From assembly GCF_963921235.1 (NCBI RefSeq), contig NC_086097.1:31746001-31810000 (forward strand): a stretch of 64,000 nucleotides of DNA. The letters run 5' to 3'. Source of the DNA: Mobula hypostoma (lineage: Eukaryota). Position numbers and translations under genes: made by a program. Of the stretch, positions 36,690 through 50,298 are shown piece after piece; the first letter of the stretch is position 1; every line of letters starts with the position of its first letter. Under the pieces are notes generated by a model. It had not been told where the DNA came from. It saw only the letters and a list, made by a program, of their open reading frames with translations, and made no database searches.

Positions 36690-37610
36690 TACAGGGAGCT
36701 TCACTGAGTGTCTGACCTCCCAGAATGGGATGGAATGGTGTAGAGGAAGCTGTGTCTCAACCCAGGAATATGGGACAGTGTAGAGGGATCTTCACTCTGT
36801 ATCTGATGCTGGGAGTATGTGTTGGGACAGTGTAGAGGAAGCTTCACTCTGTGTCTCAACCCAGGAATATGGGACAGTGTAGAGAGATCTTCACTCTGTA
36901 TCTGATGCTGGGAGTATGTGTTGGGACAGTGTGGATGGAGTTTCACTGAGTGTCTGACCCCAGGAATATATGATGGGGCACCGTGGAGGGATCTTCACTC
37001 TGTATCTGACCTTGGGAGTGTGTGCTGGGACAGTGTGGAGATGGCTTCACTCTGTGTCTGATCCCAGGAGTGTGTGATGGAACAATGTGGAGGGACCTTC
37101 ATTGTGTGTCTAACCCCAGGAGTGTGTGTCAGGATAGTGTGGAGGGAGCTTCAGTCTGTGTCTGACCCCAGGAATATGTGATGGGGCACTGCAGAGGGAT
37201 CTTCATTCTGTATCTGACCCTGGGAGTGTGTGTTTGGAGAATGTGGAGGGAGCTTCATTGTGTGTCTAACCCCAGGAGTGTGTGCCAGGATGGTGTAGAG
37301 GGAGCTTCATCTGTGTCTGACCCCGAGAATGTGTAATGGGGACAGTGAGACAGTGTGGAGGGAGCTTCATTGTGTGTCTAGCCCCAGAAGTGTGTGACAG
37401 GACAGTGTAGAGTGAGCTTCACTCTGTGTCTGATGCTGGGAGTGTGTGATGGGACAGGGCAGAAAGAGCTTCACTCTGTGTCTAAGCCAGGTCTTTCTCA
37501 TTTTCGGAGTGTCTGATAGGATAATGCAGAGTGGTTTCTAATCTGTGTGTTGCCCCTGCCCCAGGAGTGTGGAGGGGACGGTGTAGAGGGAGGCTTACTC
37601 TGCAACTGAA
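36690..37610. repeat. ~46-bp tandem satellite
   Basis: Unit approximately GGGAGCTTCACTCTGTGTCTGACCCCAGGAGTGTGTGATGGGACAGTGTAGA. Confidence 0.9.
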
Positions 37611-40600
37611 CTGGGCTGACCCTGCCGTGGGAGCAAGTGACAGGGGAGTTTAGATGGTGATTTGCTCTAAGTCAAAGCTGCACGGTTTGCTTGCTGGAAA
37701 CAGTTTGTAGCTGCCTATGTCCTGGTATCAGGCACACATCACGTTGTGTATCGATGTGCAGATTGTCATCTCCTTTTCATCCTCTTGTTGACCACAGCAT
37801 GAGGCAGTTTGCAGTGAAGGTGTTGTGAAAAAGCCACAATTAGGGAAAGCAGATAGACTAATCAAGCTAGGAGTTTTCTCTTTAAAACAAAGAAGGATGA
37901 AAGGTGACCTGATAGAGGTGTGCGTGATGATAAGAGGCGTTGATAGAGTGAATAGTCAGAGACCTTTTCCCAGGGTAGGAATACCTTCCGCGAGGGGGCA
38001 TAGTTTTAAGATAATTAGAGGAAGGTATAGGGTGGATAAACAGAGTGAGGAGAGTGTATGGAACACCCTGCTCAGGGTGGTGGTGGAGACGTTTAAAAGA
38101 CTCTCAGACAGGCACACAGATGATAGATAAGTGGAGGTCTATGTGGGAGGGAAGCGTTAGATTGATCTTAGAGTCAAAGGTTCGGCGCAACATCGTAGGC
38201 CAAAGGGCCTGTACTGTGCTGTACTGTTCTACTGTATTTTCAGAGAAAGATCCCAAACCATCAAACACCTGGGAGTCATTTAAAAGCCCGAAGTCAGGGG
38301 CACAATGTTCATGGAGGAACAAAGGCAGGGATGGCAAGGTTTGGTAATTGTTAATGATGAGCATTTTACAAATTTAGCCATGAAGAAAAAAAAGCGATAG
38401 GAAAGTTCCCTGAGTTATAGGGAAAAGTTGAATAGTTTAGGACTATATCTCCTGGAGTGTAGGAGATTGAGAGGAGATTTGATATACAAAGTTATGAGGG
38501 GTATGGATAGGGTAAGTGCAAGCAGGCTTTTTCCACTGAGGTTGGGTAAGACTAGAACCTGAGGTCATGGGTTAAGAGAGAAATGTGAAATATTTAAGAG
38601 GAACATGAGGGGACACTTAAGACCATAAGATACAGGAGCAGAATTAGGCCATTTGGCCCATCAAGTCTGCTCCACCATTTCATCATGGCTGATCCATTTT
38701 CCCTCTCATCTCCAATCTCCTATAAGACCATAAGAATCTCCTGTAAGACCATAACATCCTCACTCAGAAGGTGGTGCAGGTGTGGAACGAGCTGCCAGTG
38801 GAAGTAGTTGATGTGTGTTCAACTAGAACATTTAAGCAAGTTTGGATAAGCAGGTGAATGGGAGCGATATGAAGGGATGTGGTCCAGGTGTAGATGGATG
38901 AGACTGGGCACAGGCTGGATGGACTGAAGAGCCTGTTTCTGTCCTGTGGTGCTCTATGATTATGACTCTCATCAATTTTAGTAAATTAGTGTGCCTTTAG
39001 CAAATGCATTTAAGATGTGTTTAAGATCCAGGGAATTGAGGGATGTGGATCACATGCAGGCGGATGAAATTAGTTTAAGTTGTCTCCACAATCACGGGCT
39101 GAAGGGCCTGTATTCTATGTTCAATACATGGAACCAGGATCAGTCAGCTTCCCTCGAAGAACATTTAGGCTGAGCTGCTGGAGGTAATTAAACCCACTTT
39201 GTACAGCTTGCAGGCTTTGAACAGGTGATCTATTCACTTCGAGAGGCTGAAGCCTCTAATAAACTGTAATCTTCGCCTTTACAAGCACTTAGTTAGACTA
39301 GAACATGGAGTACTTTAAAAATAATTTTCCACGATTCTTCACTCCAATCCAAGCCTTCAAATTTGCTTCAACCTCCGTGGGGTCAGAGAGGAGTGCTGCT
39401 GACGTGAACCCATCCCCTCTCACCCACTTGCCTCGATGTTTACCAGAGAGAGGGAAAGGGCTCTGCTCTGTTAATCCATTCTCTGAGGGTTATAGCAGGT
39501 ACAACAGCTGCAGGTGTGACATTTAATATGCTGTATTGACCCCAGAAGAAAAATATCACTGCATTTTTGAGTAATTGATGGGCTGAGGAAGAGCAACACA
39601 GTAAAAGGTCCCCAGGTTTGGCTTTTTGCATCCGCTTTGGTTAGGTGTATTGTTACACAAGGCTCACTGATTAGGCTAAAGCCATCGGGTTGAGGTAAAT
39701 AATATGCATTAATGTTGTTATGGCTCAGATTTCACGTGCCCCCCTCCTTTGGAAAGGCGCCAAAGGTTTAAACTTGCAGAAAAACACATCAGATCGCTGC
39801 ATCTCCCAGCTTAAAGTTCAACCATTCATTTAAAAGACTCATTCACATCGCTCGAGAAATTTAGATCCAGCTATGAGTCACAGAAAAAGACACACAGAAA
39901 AAGACCCACACAGACCCTCCCCAGTCCTTATGGAGGGTCTCGGCCCAAAACTTCCCTCCATAGATGCTGCCTGACCTGTTGAGTTCCTCCAGCATTTTGG
40001 GTGCATTGCTATGGAAGCACATCTGTTGGCCCCATTCGCCCACGTCAAACTCACCCACCCAAGCTAGCCCCATTTGCCTGCATTTGATATCTTTCTAGTT
40101 TAACTTGCCTTCATGATCATGGGCCGAAGGTCCTACTCCATGTCCAATGTTCCTGTCCAAATGTCATAGAGTACTAGTCTTTTGAAACATGAAGATACCT
40201 ATCTCTACCTCTTTCTCCTGCAGCTTGTTCCCTGTACCTACCACCTTCTATCTGCCCTTCATGTCCCTTTTAAATCTTTCCCCTCTCTGGAACATCGAAC
40301 AGCACAGTACAGGCCCCTTGACCCACTATGTGGTTGTGTAGACCTTTTAGCCTGCTTCAAGATCACTCTAATACTTCCCTTAGCTTTTGAGGGCGGATCT
40401 ATTCAAAACATTGCACTGGGGGTGGGTGCTCCTACGTAGCCCTCCATTTTTTTCCCATCTAGGTACCTAGTAGTGTGAATCCTGAGGCACCTGTACCTTC
40501 TACCCGATGGCAGCAGCGAGAAAAGATCATGGCCTGGGTGGTGAGGATCTTTGATGGTGGATGCTGCTTCTCTACGGCGATGTTTCATGTAGATGTGCTC

Positions 40601-41388
40601 AGTGGTTGGGACGGGTTTACTCGTAATGTACTTGGCTGAGTCCACTACTGTTTGTAGGGTTTTCTGTTCAAAGGCAGTACGGGTGAGAGGGAGAGAGAGA
40701 CGTCGAGAATGATAGAAAAGATAACAATTCACTTTATTTGTCACACATACATTGAAACATACAGCAAAATGTGTTGTTTGCGTCAACAGTGTGAGGATGT
40801 GCTGGGGGCAGCCCACAAGTGTTACCATGCTTCAGGTGCTGAAACAGCATGCCCGCAACTTACTAATCCAAGCCTGTATGGCTTTGGAAACTGGAGCACC
40901 CAGAGGAAACCCACGTGTCCATGGGGAGAGGTACAAACTACTTATAGACAGTGATGGGAATTGAACCCCAGATGCTGATGCTGTTAAGTGTAACAGCGAG
41001 TGCTATGCTACCAAACCCCCACCCCTGGTGTAAAGTATGGAATAGATTTGCTCTGACAAACTAATCGGGGACTGTTTGTGGGGTAACGGACGTAATTCGT
41101 GCAGTGATTTCCCTGTAGACATTAAAGGCTGTAGATACTAGAGTCTGGAGCAACACACAAAGACACTGGAGGAACTCAGCAGGTCAGGCAGCATCTGTGG
41201 ACGGGAATGGACAGTCGGTGTTTCTGGCCGAGATCCTTCTGGTGTACTCAGCCCAGAAGAAGGATCTGGACCCAAAATGTAGACTGTACATTTCCCACCA
41301 CAGATGCTGCTTGACCCTGAGTTCCTCCAGCACCCTTTGTGTGTCACTGCAGTGGTCCCCCTGGCTCACTCCCACCTCTCACTGACAG

Positions 41389-41613
41389 GTGACATCTCAG
41401 AGGGAGAGGCTGGCCAGCAGTAAGCGGCACGTCCAGCTCCTGACCGACAGACTCAGCCAGCTGGAGGGGAGGGAGCCGCCGGGCCGGGATGGGCAGGGTG
41501 GTGGGCTGGCCGAGCTGCGGAAGGACGTGGAAAGGCTGCAAGGACAGCTGGATGTGGCGAAGAGGAAGAACCGCAGCCTGAGAGAGAAGAACGAGGAAAT
41601 CACAGCTCTGAAG
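41389..41613 (+). CDS. CCDC170: CCDC170-like coding exon C (225 nt)
   Basis: gacag|GTG ... AAG|gtaagg; VTSQRERLASSKRHVQLL...LRKDVERLQGQL...ITALK resembles LKTQKERLESKELHMSLL...LQKKVERLQKEL...TNELK. Confidence 0.85.
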
Positions 41614-42256
41614 GTAAGGGGGCAGGGGTTCCGGTGTGGAAGGGGCCTTGTGTGGGGGCATCTGGTGTGTGGAGGGGATACAGTGTGGGAGATCTTTCGT
41701 CGGAGGGATCTGGTATGGGTGCGATCTTGTGTGGGGAGATCGTGGGGTGGGGGGTCTAGTACAGGAGGGATCTGATGTGGGGGTTGGTGTTGGAGATCTG
41801 ATGTGGGAATCCAGCATTGAGGGATCCAGTGTAGATTCAATAAGTGTGAGGGGATCCTGTTTAAGGAGTTGCAGAAGGGATCTACAGATCCATTTGGGAG
41901 ATGGAAAACACAGATACCCATGGATACACACGTTTACACACACAGATATATGTGTACCCTCAGTTACACACATTTTCATAGATACACATTGATACATGGG
42001 CTCATCGATACACTGAGGAACACCATGCTTTCTCACATCCTGCATATTAAGATATAGATATATACATGCCACACAATGTAGCTCAGTGTGCATACATTCA
42101 CATCCACGTACACGCGTGTGTAGGGGCACCTGGTGTTGGCAGTTCTCTTCAGCCGCCTTGCCCTCTCCACAACCCAATGCCTCATGGGGCAGAGGTTGTG
42201 ATGGGGATGGGCATTAACTCCAGGGACTAGATTTCCAATGGTGATTCTCTCCCCAG

Positions 42257-42493
42257 GCAAAGAACAGGGAGCAGGACCGGACCATCCAGAGGCTTAGGGA
42301 ATCGCTGGAGAAACTGGAGTCGATCAAGGATAAAGCGGCCCGCAAGGTGGTGATGCTGACTTCCGAGCTGGACCAGGCAGAGCAGGGAGCCTTGGAGAGG
42401 AGCAGCCAGGCCCAGAGCTTGAACCAGGCCCTCAGCAATGAGCTCCACTCTGCCAGGAAAGCCCTGGAGGTGGTGGCACGTAGGGAGAGGCAG
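42257..42493 (+). CDS. CCDC170: CCDC170-like coding exon D (237 nt; missed by the ORF track)
   Basis: tctctccccag|GCA ... CAG|gtggga; AKNREQDRTIQRL...LESIKDKAARKVVMLTSELD...ARKALEVVARRERQ resembles IKTLEQTKAIEDL...LEKMKEKAEKKLMSVKSELD...KKSLEEAEKREKQ. Confidence 0.85.
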
Positions 42494-43257
42494 GTGGGAG
42501 TTGCTACTAAACCTTAAGATAATGTTTCTGAGGCATAAGGATCCCCCATTCGTCTAACCTCCAGCGAGTACAGGCCCAGAGCCATCAACACTCCTCACAC
42601 ATTAACCCTTTCATTCCCAGGATCTCATAAACCTCTTCTGGTTCCTCTCCAATGCCAGCACATCCTTTTTTAGATAAAGGGGCCAAAACCGCTTACAATA
42701 TTCCATGTGCAGTCTGACCGATGCTTTATAAGGGCCTCGGTGGTGGAGCTGGTGGAAGGTGATGACACATCATAATGGTAGAGTGAAGGTGCAGGAAATC
42801 TGCTGCTGAGGAGGGTCCCCGGTCATTCTGCATTCCATGCCACTGTGCCCTGACACCATTCCGTCAAGCACCGCATGCCTATGTAACCTCAGACTCCCCG
42901 CGTTAAACAGCGACACGCATAGGTATTCTCCATTAAGGGCGTCCACCTTAACATCCTGGATGTGAATCCCGAATCAGCCTCTTCACCCACTAATCGACAA
43001 CCCCTTCGCTTAGGAGGGCATCATACCCAATCCAAGTGATTGCTCTCCTACTACTAAAGACTCAGCTTTACATCCTTGCTTTTATATTCTAGTCCTCTTG
43101 AAATGAATGCTAACATTGTATTTGTTTTACTCAACCTGCAGCTAACCTTTAGGGAATCTTACATGAGGATGCCCAAGTCCCTTTGCACTTCCAATTTCTG
43201 AATTTACACTCCATTTATAAAATAGTCTATGCCTTTATTCCATCTACCAAAGTTCAT

Positions 43258-45447
43258 GACATAGAACATAGAACATAGAATGGTACAGCACAGTACAGGC
43301 CCTTCGGCCCACAATGTTGTGCCGACCCTCAAACCCTGCCTCCCATATAAGCCCCCACCTTAAATTCCTCCATATACCTGTATAATAGTCTCTTAAACTT
43401 CACTAGTGTATCTGCCTCTACCACTGACTCAGGCAGTGCATTCCACGCACCAACCACTCTCTGAGTAAAAAACCTTCCTCTAATATCCCCCTTGAACTTC
43501 CCACCCCTTACCTTAAAGCCATGTCCTCTTGTATTGAGCAGTGGTGCCCTGGAGAAGAGGCGCTGGCTATCCGCTCTATCTATTCCTCTTATTATCTTGT
43601 ACACCTCTATAATGTCTCCTCTCATCCTCCTTCTCTCCAAAGAGTACAGCCCTAGCTCCCTTAATCTCTGATCATAATGCATACTCTCTAAACCAGGCAG
43701 CATCCTGGTAAATCTCCTCTGTACCCTTTCCAATGCTTCCACATCCTTCCTATAGTGAGGCAACCAGAACTGGACACAGTACTCCAAGTGTGGCCTAACC
43801 AGAGTTTTATAGAGCTGCATCATTACATCGCGACTCTTAAACTCTATCCCTCGACTTATGAAAGCTAACACCCCATAAGCTTTCTTAATTACCCTATCCA
43901 CCTGTGAGGCAACTTTCAGGGATCTGTGGACATGTACCCTGAGATCCCTCTGCTCCTCCACACTACCAAGTATCTGGCCATTTACTTTGTACTCTGCCTT
44001 GGAGTTTGTCCTTCCAAGGTGTACCACCTCACACTTTTCCAGGTTGAACTCCATCTACCACTTCTCAGCCCACTCCTGCACCCTATCAATGTCTCTCTGC
44101 AATCTTTGACAATCCTCTACACTATCTACAACACCACCAACCTTTGTGTCATCTGCAAACTTGCCAACCCACCCTTCTACCCCGACATCCAGGTCGTTAA
44201 TAAAAATAACGAGAAGTAGAGGTCCCAGAACAGATCCTTGTGGGACACCACTAGTCACAATCCTCCAATCCGAATGTACTCCCTTCACCACCACCCTCTG
44301 CCTTCTGCAGGCAAGCCAATTCTGAATCCACCTGGCCAAACTTCCCTGGATCCCATGCCTTCTAACTTTTTGAATAAGCCTACCGTGTGGAACCTTGTCA
44401 AATGCCTTACTAAAATCCATATAGATCACATCCACTGCACTACCCTCATCTATATGCCTGGTCACCTCCTCAAAGAACTCTATCAGGCTTGTTAGACATG
44501 ATCTGCCCTTCACAAAGCCATGCTGACTGTCCCTGATCAGACCATGATTCTCTAAATGCCTATAGACCCTATCTCTAAGAATCCTTTCTAACAGCCTTCC
44601 CACCACAGATGTAAGGCTCACTGATCTATAATTACCCGGACTATCCCTACTACCTTTTTTGAATAAGGGGACAACATTCGCCTCCCTCCAATCCTCCGGT
44701 ACCATTCCCGTGGACAACGAGGACATAAAGATCCTAGCCAGAGGCTCAGCAATCTCTTCTCTTGCCTCGTGGAGCAGCCTGGGGAATATTCCGTCAGGCC
44801 CCGGGGACTTATCTGTCCTAATGTATTTTAACAACTCCAACACCTCCTCTCCCTTAATATCAACATGCTCCAGAACATCAACCTCACTCATATTGTCCTC
44901 ACCATCATCAAGTTCCCTCTCATTGGTGAATACCGAAGAGAAGTATTCATTGAGGACCTCGCTCACTTCCACAGCCTCCAGGCACATCTTCCCACCTTTA
45001 TCTCTAATTGGTCCTACCTTCACTCCTGTCATCCTTTTTTTCTTCACATAATTGAAGAATGCCTTGGGGTTTTCCTTCACCCTACTCGCCAAGGCCGTCT
45101 CATGCCCCCTTCTTGCTCTTCTCAGCCCTTTCTTAAGCTCCTTTCTTGCTTCCCTAAATTCCTCAATAGACCCATCTGATCCTTGCTTCCTAAACCTCAT
45201 GTATGCTGCCTTCTTCCACCTGACTAGATTTTCCACCTCATTTGTCACCCATGGTTCCTTCACCCTACCATTCTTTATCTTCCTCACTGGGACAAATTTA
45301 TCCCTAACATCCCGCAAGAGATCTCTTAACATCGACCACATGTCCATAGTACATTTTCCTGCAAAAACATCATCCCAATTCACACCCGCAAGTTCTAGCC
45401 TTACAGCCTCATAATTTGCCTTTCCCCAATTAAAAATTTTCCTATCC
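43258..45447 (-). mobile_element. Young CR1 LINE, 5'-truncated, single nonsense codon in RT
   Basis: ORFs 44055-45383 and 43329-44054 are in one frame separated by one TAG (W*MEF); (CTATGTT)n tail. Confidence 0.95.
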
Positions 45448-45516
45448 CAAATGTATGACTATACACTTTGCGACACTATCCCATATTCCAATCCTTTGCC
45501 CATGAGACATTGGAGC

Positions 45517-45741
45517 AACACACACAAAATAATGGAGGAACTCAGCAGGCCAGGGAGTTTCTATGGAAAAGAGTAAACAGTTGATGTTTCAGGCCGAGAC
45601 CCTTCATCAGGACCAGATGAAGGGTTTCAGCCCCGAACTTCGACTGTACTCTTTTCCATAGATGCTGCCTGGCTGCTGTTCCTGCGGCATTTTGTGTGTG
45701 TTGCTTTGGATTTCCAGCATCTGCAGATTTTCTCCTCTTTG
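45517..45741. mobile_element. Palindromic PLE-derived mini-element, degenerate
   Basis: Inverted arms around CCTTCATCAGG...ATGAAGGG; imperfect flanking repeat TGAGACATTGGAGC / TGAGATGTAGGAGC. Confidence 0.7.
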
Positions 45742-47108
45742 TGAGATGTAGGAGCCGAGTTAGGCCACTTGGCCTTCGAGTCTGCTCCACCATTTCCAGT
45801 GTGGCTGATTTATTTTCCCTCTCAACCCCATTCTCTTGCCTTATCCCTGTAACTCATGACACCCTGACTAATCAGTAACCGATCAGTCCTTTTAAATGTA
45901 CTAAATGACTTGATCTCCACAGCTGTCTGTGACAATGATTCATCACCCTCTGGCTAAAGAAATTCCTCCTCATCTCTGTTCTAAAGGGGCATCTTTCTAT
46001 TCTGAGGTTGCGTCCTCTTTCGATATTCGGTAGGATTCAATGAAAATCCCCCCCTTATTCTTCTCAACTCCAGTGAGTACAGGCCCAGAGAAATTAAATG
46101 CTCCTCAGACACTATGTTACCCTTTCATTCCCACGGTCATTTCTGTGACCCTCTCCAGTGCCAGCACACCCTTTCTTAGATAGGTGGGCCAAAACTGCTC
46201 ATGATACTGACCAATGCTCAGACAGCAGGGGAACAAGCCCTGCGGTCCAGCCAGCCTGTGCTGACCGTGAGGTCCATCAAAGGTTTACCAGGATGCTGCC
46301 AAGACTAGAGGCTATGAGCTATGAGCAGAGGCCGGACAAACTTTCTCTGCAACGGTGGAGGCTGAGGGGAGCTCTGAAAGGGGTATGCAAAATCATGAGG
46401 GGTATAGACAGGGTAAATGCAAGCAGGCTTTTTCCACTGAGGTTGGGTGAGACTGGAACTAGGGGTCACGGGTTAAGGGTATCAGGGGAAATGTTTAAGG
46501 GGGAACTGGGGCGGGGGGAGTTTCTTCTTTTAGAGCGTGTTGCGAGTGGAACAAGCTGCTGGCGGAAGTGGTGGTTGCAGGTTCAGTTGCAACATTGAAG
46601 AGAAGTTTGGATAAGTACATGGATGGGAGGGGTGTGGAGGGCTGTGGTCCGGGTCTGGGCCGATGGGGCAAGGCAGAATAACAGTTCTAGATGGGCTGAA
46701 GGGCCTGTTTCTGTGCTGTAGTGCTCTCTGATTCTATGATCTATGAGAAGCGTAGATAGGGGTAAGCAGCTGGTATGGCAATGTCTCATTCCAGTGGGCA
46801 TGCATTTAAAGTGAAAGAGAATAAGTTCAAAGGAGAAGTGCAGGCAATTTGTTTACACAGAGATTGGGGGTGCCTGGAGCGCGCTGCAGGGATGGTTGTG
46901 GAGGCTGAGATGATAGAGGCACTTAGGCGCATGGATGTACAGGAAGTGGAGGGATATGGACACTGTGTAGGCAGATGCATTAGTTCAGTCAGACATTTAT
47001 TTACCGACGCAAACAACAGGAATTCTGCAGATGCGGGAAATTCAAGCAACACACATCAAAGTTGCTGGTGAACGCAGCAGGCCAGGCAGCATCTCTAGGA
47101 AGAGGTAC

Positions 47109-47144
47109 AGTCGACGTTTCAGGCCGAGACCCTTCGTCAGGACT
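47109..47144 (-). ncRNA. Minimal type I hammerhead ribozyme motif (inverted arm)
   Basis: Minus strand AGTC-CTGACGA-AGG(GTCTCGG)CCT-GAAA-CGTC-GACT. Confidence 0.8.
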
Positions 47145-47758
47145 AACTGAAGGAAGAGTTAGTAAGAGATTTGAAAGTGGGAGGGGGAGGGGGAGATCCA
47201 AAATGGTAGGAGAAGACAGGAGGGGGAGGGATGGAGCCAAGAGCTGGACAGGTGATTGGCAAAGGGGATATGAGAGGATCATGGGACAGGAGGTCCAGGG
47301 AGAAAGACAAGTTGGGGGAGGAAACCCAGAGGATGGGCAAGGGGTATAGTCAGAGGGACAGAGGGAGAAAAAGGAGAGTGAGAGAAAGAATGTGTGTATA
47401 AAAATAAATAATGGATGGGGTACGAGGGGGAGGTGGGGCATTAGCGGAAGTTAGAGAAGTCGATGTTCATGCCATCAGGTTGGAGGCTACCCAGACGGAA
47501 TATAAGGTGTTGTTCCTCCAACCTGAGTGTGGCTTCATCTTTACAATAGAGGAGGCCGTGGATAGACATGTCAGAATGGGAATGGGATGTGGAATTAAAA
47601 TGTGTGGCCACTGGGAGATCCTGCTTTCTCTGGCGGACAGAGCATAGGTGTTCAGCAAAGCGGTCTCCCGGTCTGCGTCGGGTCTCGCCAATATATAGAA
47701 GGCCACATCGGGAGCACTGCACGCAGTATATCACCCCAGACGACTCACAGGTGAAATG

Positions 47759-49956
47759 ATGGTCTTTACCATCCCCTCCGACCTTCAACTGTCGGAGGCA
47801 GAACGCTCTGTCCTCAGTAAGGGCCTCACCTTTGTCCCCCTTCGCCCACAGTTCAGCGAGTTCCGTGTTCGCCACGATGCGGAACTCTTCTTCCGCCGTC
47901 TCCGTCTCCGAGCCTACTTCTTCGGCAAGGATTCTTCCAACCCCACCGATGACCCCTTCTCCCGTCTTCAACCCTCCTCTTCTTCATGGACACCCCGCTC
48001 TGGTCTTCTGCCTGCTCTGGATCTCTTTATTGCTAACTGCCGATGGGACATCAACCGTCTCGACTTCACCGCATCTTGTTCCCATTCCAACCTTACTCCT
48101 TCCGAATGCTCTGCTCTCCACTCCCTCCGCACTAATCCTAACCTTATTATTAAACCCGCCGATAAGCGGGGGGGGGGTGCTGTTGTAGTCTGGCGCACTG
48201 ACCTCTACCTCGCCGAGGCACAGCGACAACTCGCGGATACCTCCTCTTATTTACCCCTCGATCGTGACCCCACTAAGGAGCACCAGGCCATTGTCTCCCA
48301 CACCATCACCGACTTTATCCGCTCAGGGGATCTCCCATCCACTGCTACCAACCTTCTAGTTCCCACACCCCGCACTTCCCGTTTCTACCTCCTACCCAAG
48401 ATCCAAAAACCTGCCTGTCCTGGCCGACCTATTGTCTCAGCTTGCTCCTGCCCCACCGAACTCGTTTCTGCATACCTCAACACTGTTTTATCACCCCTTG
48501 TTCAATCCCTTCCGACCTATGTTCCTGACACTTCTCACGCTCTTAAACTTTTCGATGATTTTAGGTTCCCTGGCCCCCACCGCTTTATTTTCACCATGGA
48601 TGTCCAGTCCCTATATACTTCCATCCCCCATCAGGAAGGTCTCAAAGCTCTCCGCTTCTTTTTGGATTCCAGACCTAATCAGTTCTCCTCTACCACCACT
48701 CTGCTCCGTCTAGCAGAATTAGTCCTTACTCTTAATAATTTCTCCTTTGGCTCTTCCCACTTCCTCCAAACTAAAGGTGTAGCTATGGGCGCCCGTATGG
48801 GTCCTAGCTATGCCTGCCTTTTTGTTGGCTTTGTGGAACAATCCATGTTCCAAGCCTATACTGGTATCTGTCCCCCACTTTTCCTTCGCTACATCGACGA
48901 CTGCATTGGCGCTGCTTCCTGCACACATGTTGAGCTCGTTGACTTTATTAACTTCGCCTCCAACTTTCACCCTGCCCTCAAGTTTACCTGGTCCATTTCC
49001 GACACCTCCTCCCCTTTATAGATCTTTCTGTCTCTGTCTCTGGAGACAGCTTATCCACTGATGTCTACGATAAGCCTACTGACTCTCACAGCTGTCTGGA
49101 CTATTCCTCTTCTCACCCTGTCACTTGGAAAAATGCCGTCCCCTTCTCGCAATTCCTCCGTCTCCGCCGCATCTGCTCTCAGGATGAGTCTTTTCATTCC
49201 AGGACGAGGGAGATGTCCTCCTTTTTTAAAGAAAGGAGCTTCCCTTCCTCCACTATCAACTCTGCTCTCAAACGCATCTCCCCCATTTCACGTACATCTG
49301 CTCTCACTCCATCCTCCCGCCACCCCACTAGGAATAGGGTTCCCCTGGTCCTCACCTACCACCCCACCAGCCTCCGGGTCCACATATTATTCTCCGTAAC
49401 TTCCGCCACCTCCAACGGGATCCCACCACTAAGCACATCTTTCCCTCCCCCCGCCCCGCTTCCCGCAGGGATCGCTCCCTACGCGACTCTCTTGTCCATT
49501 CGTCCCCCCCCCACATCCCTCCCCACTGATCTCCCTCCTGGCACTTACCCTTGTAAGCGGAACAAGTGCTACACATGCCCTTACACTTCCTCCCTTATCA
49601 CCATTCAGGGCCCCAGACAGTCCTTCCAGGTGAGGCGACACTTCACCTGTGAGTCGGCTGGGGTGATATACTGTGTCCGGTGCTCCTAATGTGGCCTTCT
49701 ATATATTGGCGAGACCCGACGCAGACTGGGAGACCGCTTTGCTGAACACCTACGCTCTGTCCGCCAGAGAAAGCAGGATCTCCCGGTGGCCACACATTTT
49801 AATTCCACATCCCATTCCCATTCTGACATGTCTATCCACGGCCTCCTCTACTGTAAAGATGAAGCCACACTCAGGTTGGAGGAACAACACCTTATATTCC
49901 GTCTGGGTAGCCTCCAACCTGATGGCATGAACATCAACTTCTCTAACTTCCGCTAA
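47759..49956 (+). pseudogene. PLE RT/GIY-YIG ORF, 5'-truncated with frameshifts and a stop
   Basis: ORFs 47756-49021 and 49213-49689, with continuation to ...NFSNFR* at 49954-49956. Confidence 0.9.
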
Positions 49957-50262
49957 TGCCCCACCTCCCCCTCGTACCCCATCCATTATTTATTTTTACA
50001 CACACATTCTTTCTCTCTCTCTCTCTCTCTCCTTTTTCTCCCTCTGTTCCTCTCACTACTTGCCCATCCACTGGGCTTCACCCCTCCCCCTTTCTTTCTC
50101 CCTGGGCCTCCTGTCCCATGATCCTCTCGTATCCCCTTTTGCCTATCACCTGTCCAGCTCTTGGCTCTATCCCTCCCCCTCCTGTCTTCTCCTATCATTT
50201 CGGATCTCCCCCTCCCCCTCCCCCTCCCCCTTTCAAATCCCTTACTCACTCTTCCTTCAGTT

Positions 50263-50298
50263 AGTCCTGACGAAGGGTCTCGGCCTGAAACGTCGACT
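50263..50298 (+). ncRNA. Minimal type I hammerhead ribozyme motif
   Basis: AGTC/GACT stem I, CUGACGA core, AGG/CCU stem II, GAAA, palindromic ACGU in place of stem III; predicted cleavage after GUC at 50294. Confidence 0.8.
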
